From: Acetobacteraceae bacterium
GTDB lineage: Bacteria; Pseudomonadota; Alphaproteobacteria; Acetobacterales; Acetobacteraceae
Length of the DNA stretch: 64,000 nucleotides
Direction: 5' to 3'
Assembly (NCBI GenBank): GCA_965198755.1
Contig: OZ240673.1
Span: 3,145,044 to 3,209,043, forward strand
Below, in pieces: positions 19,846 to 28,322 of the stretch (its first letter is position 1; every line of letters starts with the position of its first letter). The notes beneath the pieces are model-generated. The model saw only the letters and a program-made list of their open reading frames with translations, ran no database searches and had not been told where the DNA came from. A program made the position numbers and the translations under genes.

Positions 19846-20901
19846 ATGGACAGCCTGCCACCGGTACGGTCAGCGGAGCCCGCCGACCTTGCCGGGATTG
19901 CCTCGCTGGCGGCCGAGCTGGCGACGCTGAAGCGCATCCGCGACGCGCGATCCCCCGAAAGCCTCGCCTCGCTGATGTTTCGGCGCGCCTGGGTAGCGCT
20001 TTGTGCCGGTGTGGCGGTGCGCGACGTGGCGCTGTCCGTCTCCGCCGAGGCGCTGGTCGCGCTTCGCTTGGGCGGCATTGACCGTGCGGTGCTGGTCACG
20101 TCCGGGCTATCGGCCGACGAGGCAGCCGAGGTGCAGACGGCCTCGTTCGACCAGGTGACTGGGAGTATCCTGGCCGGCCAGGATAGGGGTGCGACGGCCG
20201 CCAGCCTGGTCGACGAACTGCGTCGGCGCGTCGGTGGTGAGCAGAGTCGACCCGTCGCTACCGAGCAAGTTCAGCGCGTCCACGCCGAGGACGATCGGCA
20301 TCTCGGCGCCGGGCAAGATCAGCGCGGCGGCGCCGAGCAAGCTGCAGCGGCCCCTGTACCCGCCTTTGTCGAAGCGCTGATCCGCCAGCCGCGCGCCGGC
20401 GCCACCTGCCCCGGCAAGCCGCGCCTGATCCTGGAGCCGCCGGAGGGCCACGGCGACCACTGCCTCGCCGTCGCCGTGCTGGGCGTCGTGCTGTGCGCCG
20501 AGTACGGCGCCGACCCCGCGCCCGTATTCCTCGCCGGCCTCGCTCACCACCTGCACAACGCCACCCTGCCCGACGCCGGGTTCGCCGGCGAGGTGCTGCT
20601 CGGCACCCACCTGATCCCGGTCCTGCGCCGCCTGACCGACCAGGCCCTGGCCACCCTGCCGGCCGGGCTTGCCGCCCACACGCGCGACGCGCTCGCCCTG
20701 GCGGCCGATGCCGGGACGCCGGAGGGGCGCGCCTTCAACGCCGCCGACGTGATCGACCGCATCATGGAGGTGCGCCACTTCGCCGCCGTCGCCGGCTTCA
20801 CCGAGGCGCAGGCGACTGACGACATGGAGCTGGTCCACGCCGGCCCGCTGCAGGATTTCCACTACCAGGTGATGCGCCGCGCAGGGCTGCTACCGGCGTG
20901 A
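19846..20901 (+). CDS. HD-fold (YfbR-like) phosphohydrolase-type protein, apparently duplicated domain
   Basis: QPRAG...EGHGDHCLAVAV...AGLAHHLHNA...FNAADVIDR resembles HD-domain His/Asp spacing; N-half ELATLKRIRDA looks like a degenerate copy. Confidence 0.55.
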   Translation: MDSLPPVRSAEPADLAGIASLAAELATLKRIRDARSPESLASLMFRRAWVALCAGVAVRDVALSVSAEALVALRLGGIDRAVLVTSGLSADEAAEVQTASFDQVTGSILAGQDRGATAASLVDELRRRVGGEQSRPVATEQVQRVHAEDDRHLGAGQDQRGGAEQAAAAPVPAFVEALIRQPRAGATCPGKPRLILEPPEGHGDHCLAVAVLGVVLCAEYGADPAPVFLAGLAHHLHNATLPDAGFAGEVLLGTHLIPVLRRLTDQALATLPAGLAAHTRDALALAADAGTPEGRAFNAADVIDRIMEVRHFAAVAGFTEAQATDDMELVHAGPLQDFHYQVMRRAGLLPA

Positions 20902-22214
20902 CCAGCCCGCCCCCAAACCTGCGCAGCCCGGCAACCGGCGCCGTGCTCACCGCCGGACCGCACGACCTGCACGCCGCCGGCGAGCGCTGGCCGGTGGTGG
21001 ACGGCATCGCCTTCCTGCGCGCCGACCGCCGCGCGCTGGCCGACGCGGCACTGGCCGCGCTGGATGCCGGCGACGCCGAGACCGCCTGTGTCATCCTGCT
21101 GGCGGACCAGGACGGCTGGGCCAGCACGCCACCGCCGGACGAAGCCGCCCGCCGCTTCGCGGTGCGCGAGCGCGCCGCGCTCAGCTTCCGCGCCGCCATG
21201 GATGTGCTGGCGTTCGGGCCGGTGGCCACCTACTTCGCGCACCGCTGGTCCGACCCCACCTTCCTCTCCGGCCTGGCTTTGGCCGAGGCGCACTGGCACG
21301 CGCCGGACCGCATCGTCGAGCTGGCCTGCGGTGCCGGCCACTACCTGCGCGAGTTCGCCCGCGTGCGGCCGCAGGCCGAGATCACCGGCGGCGACCTGGT
21401 GTTCGCCAAGCTGTGGCTGGCGCGGCACTTCGTGGCACCGCAGGCAAAGCTGCTGTGCTTCGACGCGGCGCAGCCCTGGCCGTTACCGGACGCGTCGGCT
21501 GACCTCGTGTTCTGCCACGATGCTTTCTATTTTCTGCCGGATAAGCAGCGTGTGGCGGGGGAGATGCTGCGGGTGGCCGGCGGGCAGGAAGCAAGCGCTT
21601 CTTTTTCGAGAAAAAGAAGCAAAAAGCTTTTGTCTCGGCTATCGCGGACGGCTGAAACGACACGCCTTCCCAACGCGCACCCCCAGGAGCAAAAGTTTTT
21701 TGGTTCTTTTTTTCAAAAAAGAACTGCTTGCCTTGCTTCCGGCCGCATCCTCGTCGGACACGCCCACAACGCCGCCGTGGAAAACCTTTCCCACGGCGCG
21801 CCCCTGCTCCCCGAAGACTACGCAGCGCTATTTGGGCAGGCATTGCTGTACGACGACCGCGAACTGACCACCGCGCTCGCCGAAGCACGCGCCCCGCACC
21901 CGGCAGACGCCGCCAACCTGCAACAGGCGCCAGCCGTGGCGCTGGCGGCCGGTGCGGCTGCAGCCGACGTGCCACGCATGCTGACCGGCGGGCTGGCGAT
22001 GCCGCAGCCGGGGCGGCAGCTGATGCGCAACCCGCTCTATGCCGAAGGCGCGGGCACGTTGCGCTTCCCCTCGCCGCGCTACGAGGCGGAATATGCGTCC
22101 CTGGCCACCTATCGCCCAACCACCGACGCGCCCGCCCGCGCAGTGGCCGGCGACCCGGCGCTGGAGGGCGCCATCCGCCGGCGCGAGCTTCTCGACCTGC
22201 CGGCCGAATGGTGA
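20898..22214 (+). CDS. Class I SAM-dependent methyltransferase with Trm112-like N-terminus and a 52-aa in-frame element insertion
   Basis: LRSPATG...WPVVDGIAFL N-terminus; VELACGAGH motif I; GDL; FCHDAFYF; GTGA overlap with the upstream gene. Confidence 0.85.
   Translation: MTSPPPNLRSPATGAVLTAGPHDLHAAGERWPVVDGIAFLRADRRALADAALAALDAGDAETACVILLADQDGWASTPPPDEAARRFAVRERAALSFRAAMDVLAFGPVATYFAHRWSDPTFLSGLALAEAHWHAPDRIVELACGAGHYLREFARVRPQAEITGGDLVFAKLWLARHFVAPQAKLLCFDAAQPWPLPDASADLVFCHDAFYFLPDKQRVAGEMLRVAGGQEASASFSRKRSKKLLSRLSRTAETTRLPNAHPQEQKFFGSFFQKRTACLASGRILVGHAHNAAVENLSHGAPLLPEDYAALFGQALLYDDRELTTALAEARAPHPADAANLQQAPAVALAAGAAAADVPRMLTGGLAMPQPGRQLMRNPLYAEGAGTLRFPSPRYEAEYASLATYRPTTDAPARAVAGDPALEGAIRRRELLDLPAEW
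21587..21740 (+). repeat. Palindromic element E10, inserted in frame within the methyltransferase
   Basis: Terminal GGAAGCAAG...CTTGCTTCC; reading frame stays open across it. Confidence 0.95.
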
Positions 22215-23281
22215 GCACCGGCGCGCGCCTGGGCTGGGGCATTGCCGGGTGCGGCTGGGTGGCGCGCGACTACGCGGTGCCGGCCATCCGCAAGTCCTCC
22301 AACGGCACCCTGCTGGCGGTGCACGACCAATCCGACGCGGCGCTGGACCGGGCACGGCGGGAATTGGTCGGTGTCGCCTGCCACGCCAGCCTGGACGACT
22401 TTCTGGCTACGCCCGGCCTGCAGGCGGTCTACGTCGCCACGCCCAACCACGCCCACCGCGCGCTGGCCGAACGCGTCGCCGCCGCCGGCCTCGCCGTGCT
22501 GTGCGAGAAGCCGATGGCCACCACGCTGGCGGAGGCTACCCGCATGGTGCGTGCCTGCACCGATGCCGGGGTGCGCTACGCCACCGCCTTCGACCAGCGC
22601 TTCCACCCGGCGCATCGCCACCTGGCGCGCCTGGTGGCGGACGGCGCCATCGGGCGGCCGACCGCCATCCGCATCGTCTACGCCTGCTGGGTGGACGATT
22701 GTTGGGCGCCCGACGCGGTGAGCACCGACAACTGGCGCACCGACCCGGAGCGTGCCGGCGGCGGCGCGCTGTTCGACCTGGCGCCGCACGGGCTGGACCT
22801 CGCCGCGATGATCCTGGGCGAGCGCATCGAGGCCGTCGCCGCCATGGGCCAGTCGCGCGTGCACGGCTACGCCTCGCGCGGGGTGGAGGGGCGCGGCGTG
22901 GAAGATGGGGCGCTGCTGATGGCGCGCTCGGCCTCCGGCGTGCTGCTGCAGATGCACGTGGCCTACAACTGCCCGGAGACGCTGCCGCGCCGCCGGCTGG
23001 AAGTGCTGGGAACGGCGGGGCAGATCGTCGCTACGGACACGATGGGGCAGACGCCGGGCGGCACTTTGGTTTTAACGGATGCGGCGGACGGCGTGGCCCG
23101 TCAGGTGGACGTGCCGGACGCGGAGCGGGCGCCGTTTCTCGGCCAGATGGAGGCGTTTGCCGCCTGCGTGCTGGAGGGTGCGGCGTTTGCGTTCACACCG
23201 GAGCATGATTTGCACACGATGGCGCTTCTGGAGCGTGCGCAGGCAATGGTGGTGGCGACGTTAAAGCGACTGTTTGTCTGA
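22208..23281 (+). CDS. Gfo/Idh/MocA family NAD(P)-dependent oxidoreductase
   Basis: GIAGCGWVA, VATPNHAH, CEKPMA, GGGALFDLAPHGLD. Confidence 0.93.
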   Translation: MVSTGARLGWGIAGCGWVARDYAVPAIRKSSNGTLLAVHDQSDAALDRARRELVGVACHASLDDFLATPGLQAVYVATPNHAHRALAERVAAAGLAVLCEKPMATTLAEATRMVRACTDAGVRYATAFDQRFHPAHRHLARLVADGAIGRPTAIRIVYACWVDDCWAPDAVSTDNWRTDPERAGGGALFDLAPHGLDLAAMILGERIEAVAAMGQSRVHGYASRGVEGRGVEDGALLMARSASGVLLQMHVAYNCPETLPRRRLEVLGTAGQIVATDTMGQTPGGTLVLTDAADGVARQVDVPDAERAPFLGQMEAFAACVLEGAAFAFTPEHDLHTMALLERAQAMVVATLKRLFV

Positions 23282-23393
23282 AACAAAAGAAACAATGCCA
23301 CGTTCACTCCAAAATCCGGCAATCCAGTCCGTCGACTTGCGAGTCATGCTGATGACCTCCGGGCCATCCGCCGGCTTCTCAAGTGACGCCCGT

Positions 23394-23498
23394 AAAGAAA
23401 GCTATTGGTGGCGCTATCGCGGAGTTTCCGGCAGCGCGCGCCCAAGAGAACAAAAGTTTTTTGGTTCTTTTTTTCAAAAAAGAACCGCTTGCTTCCTT
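23394..23498 (+). repeat. Palindromic element E11 (left arm eroded)
   Basis: CTATCGCGGAGTTTCC spacer + intact GAACC arm. Confidence 0.85.
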
Positions 23499-23509
23499 CG
23501 GGTCAGTTC

Positions 23510-24334
23510 ATGCCCCTAACCCCCTTTGCCTGCAGCAACTGCGGCCACTGGCAGCGCTACTTCGCCACCCCGCCGCTCTGCCCTATCTGTTCCGACGTGC
23601 GCAACGATTTGCCGGAGGACGGCTGGGACTTTCGCACGCCGGAGCAGCTGATCCCCACGTTGCAGTTCCACTGGCGCGAGGCGATCCCCGGCGTGTGGGA
23701 GTTCTGGTCCACGCCGCGGTTCGGCCTGGACAGCCACGGCTGGCTGCTGTTGCACGAGTTGGGCAACGTCGCGTTCGAGGCAGCGCCGATCTACAACGAT
23801 GCCCAACTGGCGCAGATACGCGCGCTCGGCGGCATACGGTTTCTGGCGGCGTCGCATCCGCACGGTTACGGCGCGCTGTTCCAGTTGCAGGAGGTGTTCC
23901 AGCCGGAAGCGTTGCTGATCCAGAAGGACGACCTGGACTGGACCAAGGCGTTCCGGGTGACGCTGCCTTACGACGAGACGTTCGAGATCTATACAGGCCT
24001 GACCTTGCACCACGTTGGCGGCCACTATGCCGGGCAGGCGGTGTTGCACGACGCGGAGCGGCGCGCGGTGTTCGCCGGCGACAGCCTGAAGATCGATTTC
24101 GATGCGGCGGGCGAGGCGCAAGGCATTTCCTGCCACAAGGCTTACCACAAGCAGATCCCGCTCTCGCGCGACGAGGCGCGCCGTTACCGCAGCGTCTACG
24201 AGCGGCTGGACTTCACGTCGGTGTTCACCCCGTTCGAGATGGCGACCGACACCGGCACGGCGGCCGCAGTAGCGCTGCTCGACCAGGTGATCGAAGGCCC
24301 GCCGTCCACCAAGCCGATCCCGATCCGCCGATGA
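23510..24334 (+). CDS. MBL-fold metallo-hydrolase-like protein with N-terminal CxxC...CxxC Zn-ribbon
   Basis: CSNCG...CPICSD; ASHPHGYG; GGHYAG; FAGDS. Confidence 0.75.
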   Translation: MPLTPFACSNCGHWQRYFATPPLCPICSDVRNDLPEDGWDFRTPEQLIPTLQFHWREAIPGVWEFWSTPRFGLDSHGWLLLHELGNVAFEAAPIYNDAQLAQIRALGGIRFLAASHPHGYGALFQLQEVFQPEALLIQKDDLDWTKAFRVTLPYDETFEIYTGLTLHHVGGHYAGQAVLHDAERRAVFAGDSLKIDFDAAGEAQGISCHKAYHKQIPLSRDEARRYRSVYERLDFTSVFTPFEMATDTGTAAAVALLDQVIEGPPSTKPIPIRR

Positions 24335-25824
24335 CCCGCGCGATGCCCGAGGCCGCCCGCGCCTACCTCGATTCCATGCCGGCGGGGAGCGTGGACCTGT
24401 TCCCGCTGACCCCGCTGGACCGCACCGGCGTGCCCTGCTGGAACGCGGTGTTCCACGACGCGGCCGCGCAGGCCTGGGTGGGCGTCGCACCGCATGGCGT
24501 CGGCTACGGCAGCACCGACGATGAGGCGATCGTGGGGACCACCGGCGAGCTGGCCGAGGCCATCCACTCGGCGGCGGGCATCTGGCGGCTGGAGCGGCGG
24601 CGGGGCAGCACCACGGACCTGGTGCGCAGCCTGGGTGCCGACGCGGTGGCCGACCCGCTGACCCTGTGCCTGCCGGCCGGGTGCGCGGTGGATGCGGACA
24701 CCGCGCTGGAGTGGGTGCCGACGCGCCGCTACCGCGATGGCGCGACGGTCTGGCTGCCGATCGACATCGCGGCGTGTTCCTACGGCGACCTCTCGCCCGG
24801 CTACACGGCGTTCACCAGCCCGATCACCAACGGGCTGGGTGCAGGGCCGAGCCTGGACTTCGCCATCGGCCACGGGTTGTGCGAGCTGTTCCAGCGCGAC
24901 GGCAACGGGCTGGGCTTCCGCGCCATGGACCGCGGCATCCTGCTGGAGTTCGGCCCCGATTTTCCGCGCGACCCGCGCACCCGCGCGCTGCTGGCGCATC
25001 TGCGCAGTCTGGGCATCGAGGTGCTGGCCAAGTTCGCCGACGACGCGTTCGGCATCGCCAACGTCTACTGCGTCGGCGGCGAGACGGACCGGTCTGCCGC
25101 AGCACCCATCATGGTCACCGCCGCCGGCGAGGCCGCCTCGCCCGACCGCGAGCACGCGCTGCGCAAGGCGGTGCTGGAGTTCGCCGCCGCGCGCGCCCGC
25201 AAGGCGTTCAGCCACGGCGCGCTGGCCGAAGCCGCCCGCGTGGCGCCGGCGCGCTACCTCGAAAGTTTCCGCGCCCGCCAGACGCTGGACGGCGAGGAGG
25301 ACCGCACGATGGCGGCGATGCGCGACTGGCTCGGCCGCGACCAGGCCAGCCTGCGCGCCCTGCTGGCAGACAGCGCGCTGTCCCGCCGCGAGACCAAGCG
25401 CTTCGACGAGCTGCCGCAATGGGACGGCGCACTGTCCGGCACAGCGCTGGTAGCCGAACTGCACCGCCGCCTGGCCGCGCACGGGATGGACGTGCTGGTG
25501 CTGGACTACTCCCCGCCGGACCACCCGGACGTGCACGTGGTGAAAGTGGTGGTGCCAGGGCTGGAGGTAGAGACGATGAGCTATCACCGCATCGGCGAGC
25601 GTGGCGTGCGCAAGCTGCTGGACCGCGGATCGGACCTGGTGGGTTTCGGCCCGCCGCCGCCGGGCGCGCTGCCGGTGCGCCTGCCCGCCGGTGCGGCCGA
25701 GCGGCTGGGCGGCGTGCCGTGGCTCGACGTGGCCGGGGTGGACCGCATCGTGGGCCCGCTCTACCCGCTCTACCGCGAGCCCGAGGTGCACGCGGCGCAG
25801 ATTGCCCTGGAGGCGGTAGCGTGA
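24331..25824 (+). CDS. YcaO-like protein (paralogue 2)
   Basis: LDRTGVP, GVGYG, PITNGLGAG, HGLCELFQRD, RKAVLE, VVPGLE; ATGA overlap with the MBL gene. Confidence 0.85.
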   Translation: MTRAMPEAARAYLDSMPAGSVDLFPLTPLDRTGVPCWNAVFHDAAAQAWVGVAPHGVGYGSTDDEAIVGTTGELAEAIHSAAGIWRLERRRGSTTDLVRSLGADAVADPLTLCLPAGCAVDADTALEWVPTRRYRDGATVWLPIDIAACSYGDLSPGYTAFTSPITNGLGAGPSLDFAIGHGLCELFQRDGNGLGFRAMDRGILLEFGPDFPRDPRTRALLAHLRSLGIEVLAKFADDAFGIANVYCVGGETDRSAAAPIMVTAAGEAASPDREHALRKAVLEFAAARARKAFSHGALAEAARVAPARYLESFRARQTLDGEEDRTMAAMRDWLGRDQASLRALLADSALSRRETKRFDELPQWDGALSGTALVAELHRRLAAHGMDVLVLDYSPPDHPDVHVVKVVVPGLEVETMSYHRIGERGVRKLLDRGSDLVGFGPPPPGALPVRLPAGAAERLGGVPWLDVAGVDRIVGPLYPLYREPEVHAAQIALEAVA

Positions 25825-25854
25825 GGTTCGCCCGGCGGCCCGTGTTGACGAGTA

Positions 25855-25992
25855 GCAAGCAAGGCAAGCAGTTCTTTTTTGAAAAAAAGAACCAAAAAAC
25901 TTTTGTTCCCTTGGGTGCGCGTTGCAGGAAACTCCGCGACAGCAGGGATAAAAGTTTTTTGCTGCTTTTTTTCAAAAAAGCAGGCCTTCCCT
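25855..25992 (-). repeat. Palindromic element E12
   Basis: Full copy; right arm has compensatory GCTGC/GCAG variant. Confidence 0.95.
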
Positions 25993-26137
25993 TTCTTCTA
26001 GAGCATCAACCAACCTTACGGGGCTGCCCGTCGGATGCAGATGCTCGTCAACGGAGGGCGCTGCCGCGTTTTCCGGTCTGCTTGTCCAATTCAACGAGGT
26101 CAGAAAACACTCTAGCGTGTCGGCTTGCCGCGGAGGC

Positions 26138-26962
26138 ATGGGCTTGAGGTTCGCCTACAACACCAACGGCACCGCCAACCACCGGCTGGACGAGGCGATC
26201 GCGCTGATCGCCGACGCCGGCTACGACGGCGTGGCGCTGACTCTCGACATCCACCACCTCGACCCGTTCGCGGGCTTTCGCGCCGAGCTGCGCCGCGTCG
26301 CCGCTCTTCTGCGCGCCCATAGCCTAGGCTGCGTCATCGAGACCGGCGCGCGCTTCCTGCTCGACCCGCGGCAAAAGCACGAGCCTACCCTGGTGACCGC
26401 GGACAGTGAGGGCCGCGCGCGCCGCGTGGCTTTCCTGACCCGCGCGCTGGAAGCGGCCGCTGAGACCGGCGCCGAGGCGATGTCTTTCTGGGCCGGCGTG
26501 CCGAAACCGGGCGTGACCGCGGCGCAGGCGCGCGATTGGGTGGCCGAGGGCGCGGCCGAAATTGCCCGGCGTGCCGAACAGCTCGGGACTGTCGCCGCGC
26601 TTGAGCCGGAACCGGGCATGGCGATCGAGACCGCGGCAGACTGGCAGGCGCTGGCGATCCCCGGCCTGCGCCTGGCGCTGGACACCGGGCACTGCCTGGT
26701 CACCGGCGAGATGGACCCCGCGGACGCGGTGCGCCAGTACGCAAGCGACCTCGGCACCGTGTCGATCGAGGACATGGCGCGCGGCGTGCACGTGCATTTG
26801 CCGTTCGGCGAGGGGGACATGGACCTGCCTGGCGTGCTCGCGGCGTTGCATGAGGTGCGCTTCACCGGCCTGGTCTGCGTGGAGCTGTCGCGGGAGAGCC
26901 ACCGGGCGGACACGATGGTGCCGGGTGCGTTGGCGTGGCTGCGGGATCGGGTGGCGTCCTGA
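26138..26962 (+). CDS. Sugar phosphate isomerase/epimerase (AP endonuclease 2 TIM barrel)
   Basis: GGAGG RBS; AYNTNG, LEPEPGM, LDTGH, IEDM, HLPFGEGD, VELSR. Confidence 0.9.
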   Translation: MGLRFAYNTNGTANHRLDEAIALIADAGYDGVALTLDIHHLDPFAGFRAELRRVAALLRAHSLGCVIETGARFLLDPRQKHEPTLVTADSEGRARRVAFLTRALEAAAETGAEAMSFWAGVPKPGVTAAQARDWVAEGAAEIARRAEQLGTVAALEPEPGMAIETAADWQALAIPGLRLALDTGHCLVTGEMDPADAVRQYASDLGTVSIEDMARGVHVHLPFGEGDMDLPGVLAALHEVRFTGLVCVELSRESHRADTMVPGALAWLRDRVAS

Positions 26963-26966
26963 TGCG

Positions 26967-27100
26967 AAGCAAGACCTTCTTTTCTGAAGAAAAGAAGCAA
27001 AAGACTTTTGCTTCCGCTGTCGCGGACTCTCCCACGAGCGCGCGGCAGCGGAAACAAAAGTTTTTTGGTTCTTTTTTTCAAAAAAGAACTGCTTGCCTGC
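26967..27100 (+). repeat. Palindromic element E13
   Basis: Full copy between the TIM-barrel and GT4 genes. Confidence 0.95.
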
Positions 27101-27104
27101 CTTC

Positions 27105-28322
27105 ATGAGGATCTGTTTCGTCAGCCGCCGCTACTTCCCGGCGATCTCCGGCATGAGCGTCTACGCGCAGAACCTGCTCCGCGAACTCGCCAGCGCCGGC
27201 CACGACGTAACGATGATCAGCCAATACCGCGGCGACGATTACGGCCGCGCCGTCTACGGCGGCGGCCCGCCCCCCGCGGTGCCCGGCGTGCGCGTCTTCG
27301 GCCTGGAGCAGCTCGGCGAGCAGTCGACCGGCGACTTCGAGCGTGACGTCGCCGTGATGGTGGAGGCGATCTGCGCCGAACACACGCGCGCGCCGTTCGA
27401 CGTGCTGCACGCGCAATACGGCTACCCGACCGGCTGGGCGGTCATGCTGGCGGCCCGGCGGCTGGGGCTGCCGAGCGTGGTCTCCATCCAGGGCGGCGAC
27501 GGGCACTGGGTGGGCTCGTGTTGCGAGACGCACCGCCTGGCGATGATACGCGTGCTGGACCACGCGGGCGCGGTGCTGATCGGCTGCCGCTCGTTTGCAG
27601 AGGAGGTGTGCGGGCGGCTGGGCACCGATCCTGGACGCTTCACCATCGTGCCGGGCGCGGTGGAGACCGACCGATTCACCCCGGCCGCCCGGCCGGTGGG
27701 CGCCGCGCCGGTGCTGCTGTATCACGGCCGGATCGACGCGCGGAAAGGTGCGCTGGACCTGCTGGACGCGGCCAGGCTGCTCGCCGACGAGGGCGCGGCC
27801 TTTTCACTGGTGTATTCGGGCATCGGCCCGGATCACGGGCGCGTCGCGGCGCGCATCACCGAACTGGGCCTGGGCGGGCGCGTGCGGATGACCGGCTACG
27901 TCAACTACGCGGACGTGCCGGCGGTGTATCACCAGGCGGACGTGTTCGTTTCGCCCACCTATGCCGAGGGGTTCTCCAACACCATCCTCGAAGCGATGGC
28001 ATCCGGCCTGGCCTGCGTCTCCTGCCGCGTCGTGGGCGTCATGGACTGCCTGCGGGACGGCGAGAACGGGCTGCTGAACGAGCCGGGCGACATACCCGCC
28101 TTGGCCGCCTCGCTGCGCCGGCTGCTGGCTGAGCCGGACCTGCGGCGCCGGCTGGCGCAGGCGGGGCTGGAGGAGTGCCGGCGCCTCTACTCGTGGCCGG
28201 CGGTCGGGCGGCAGATCATGCAGGTCTACGCCGACACGGTGCGGCGAGCGCCGGACCTGGGCTTCTCCACCGAGCTGCCGATGACGCCGTGCCGTTTCCG
28301 GGCGGACCCGCACCTCCTGTGA
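27105..28322 (+). CDS. GT4 family glycosyltransferase
   Basis: HAQYG, GRIDARKG, EGFSNTILEAMASG. Confidence 0.93.
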   Translation: MRICFVSRRYFPAISGMSVYAQNLLRELASAGHDVTMISQYRGDDYGRAVYGGGPPPAVPGVRVFGLEQLGEQSTGDFERDVAVMVEAICAEHTRAPFDVLHAQYGYPTGWAVMLAARRLGLPSVVSIQGGDGHWVGSCCETHRLAMIRVLDHAGAVLIGCRSFAEEVCGRLGTDPGRFTIVPGAVETDRFTPAARPVGAAPVLLYHGRIDARKGALDLLDAARLLADEGAAFSLVYSGIGPDHGRVAARITELGLGGRVRMTGYVNYADVPAVYHQADVFVSPTYAEGFSNTILEAMASGLACVSCRVVGVMDCLRDGENGLLNEPGDIPALAASLRRLLAEPDLRRRLAQAGLEECRRLYSWPAVGRQIMQVYADTVRRAPDLGFSTELPMTPCRFRADPHLL

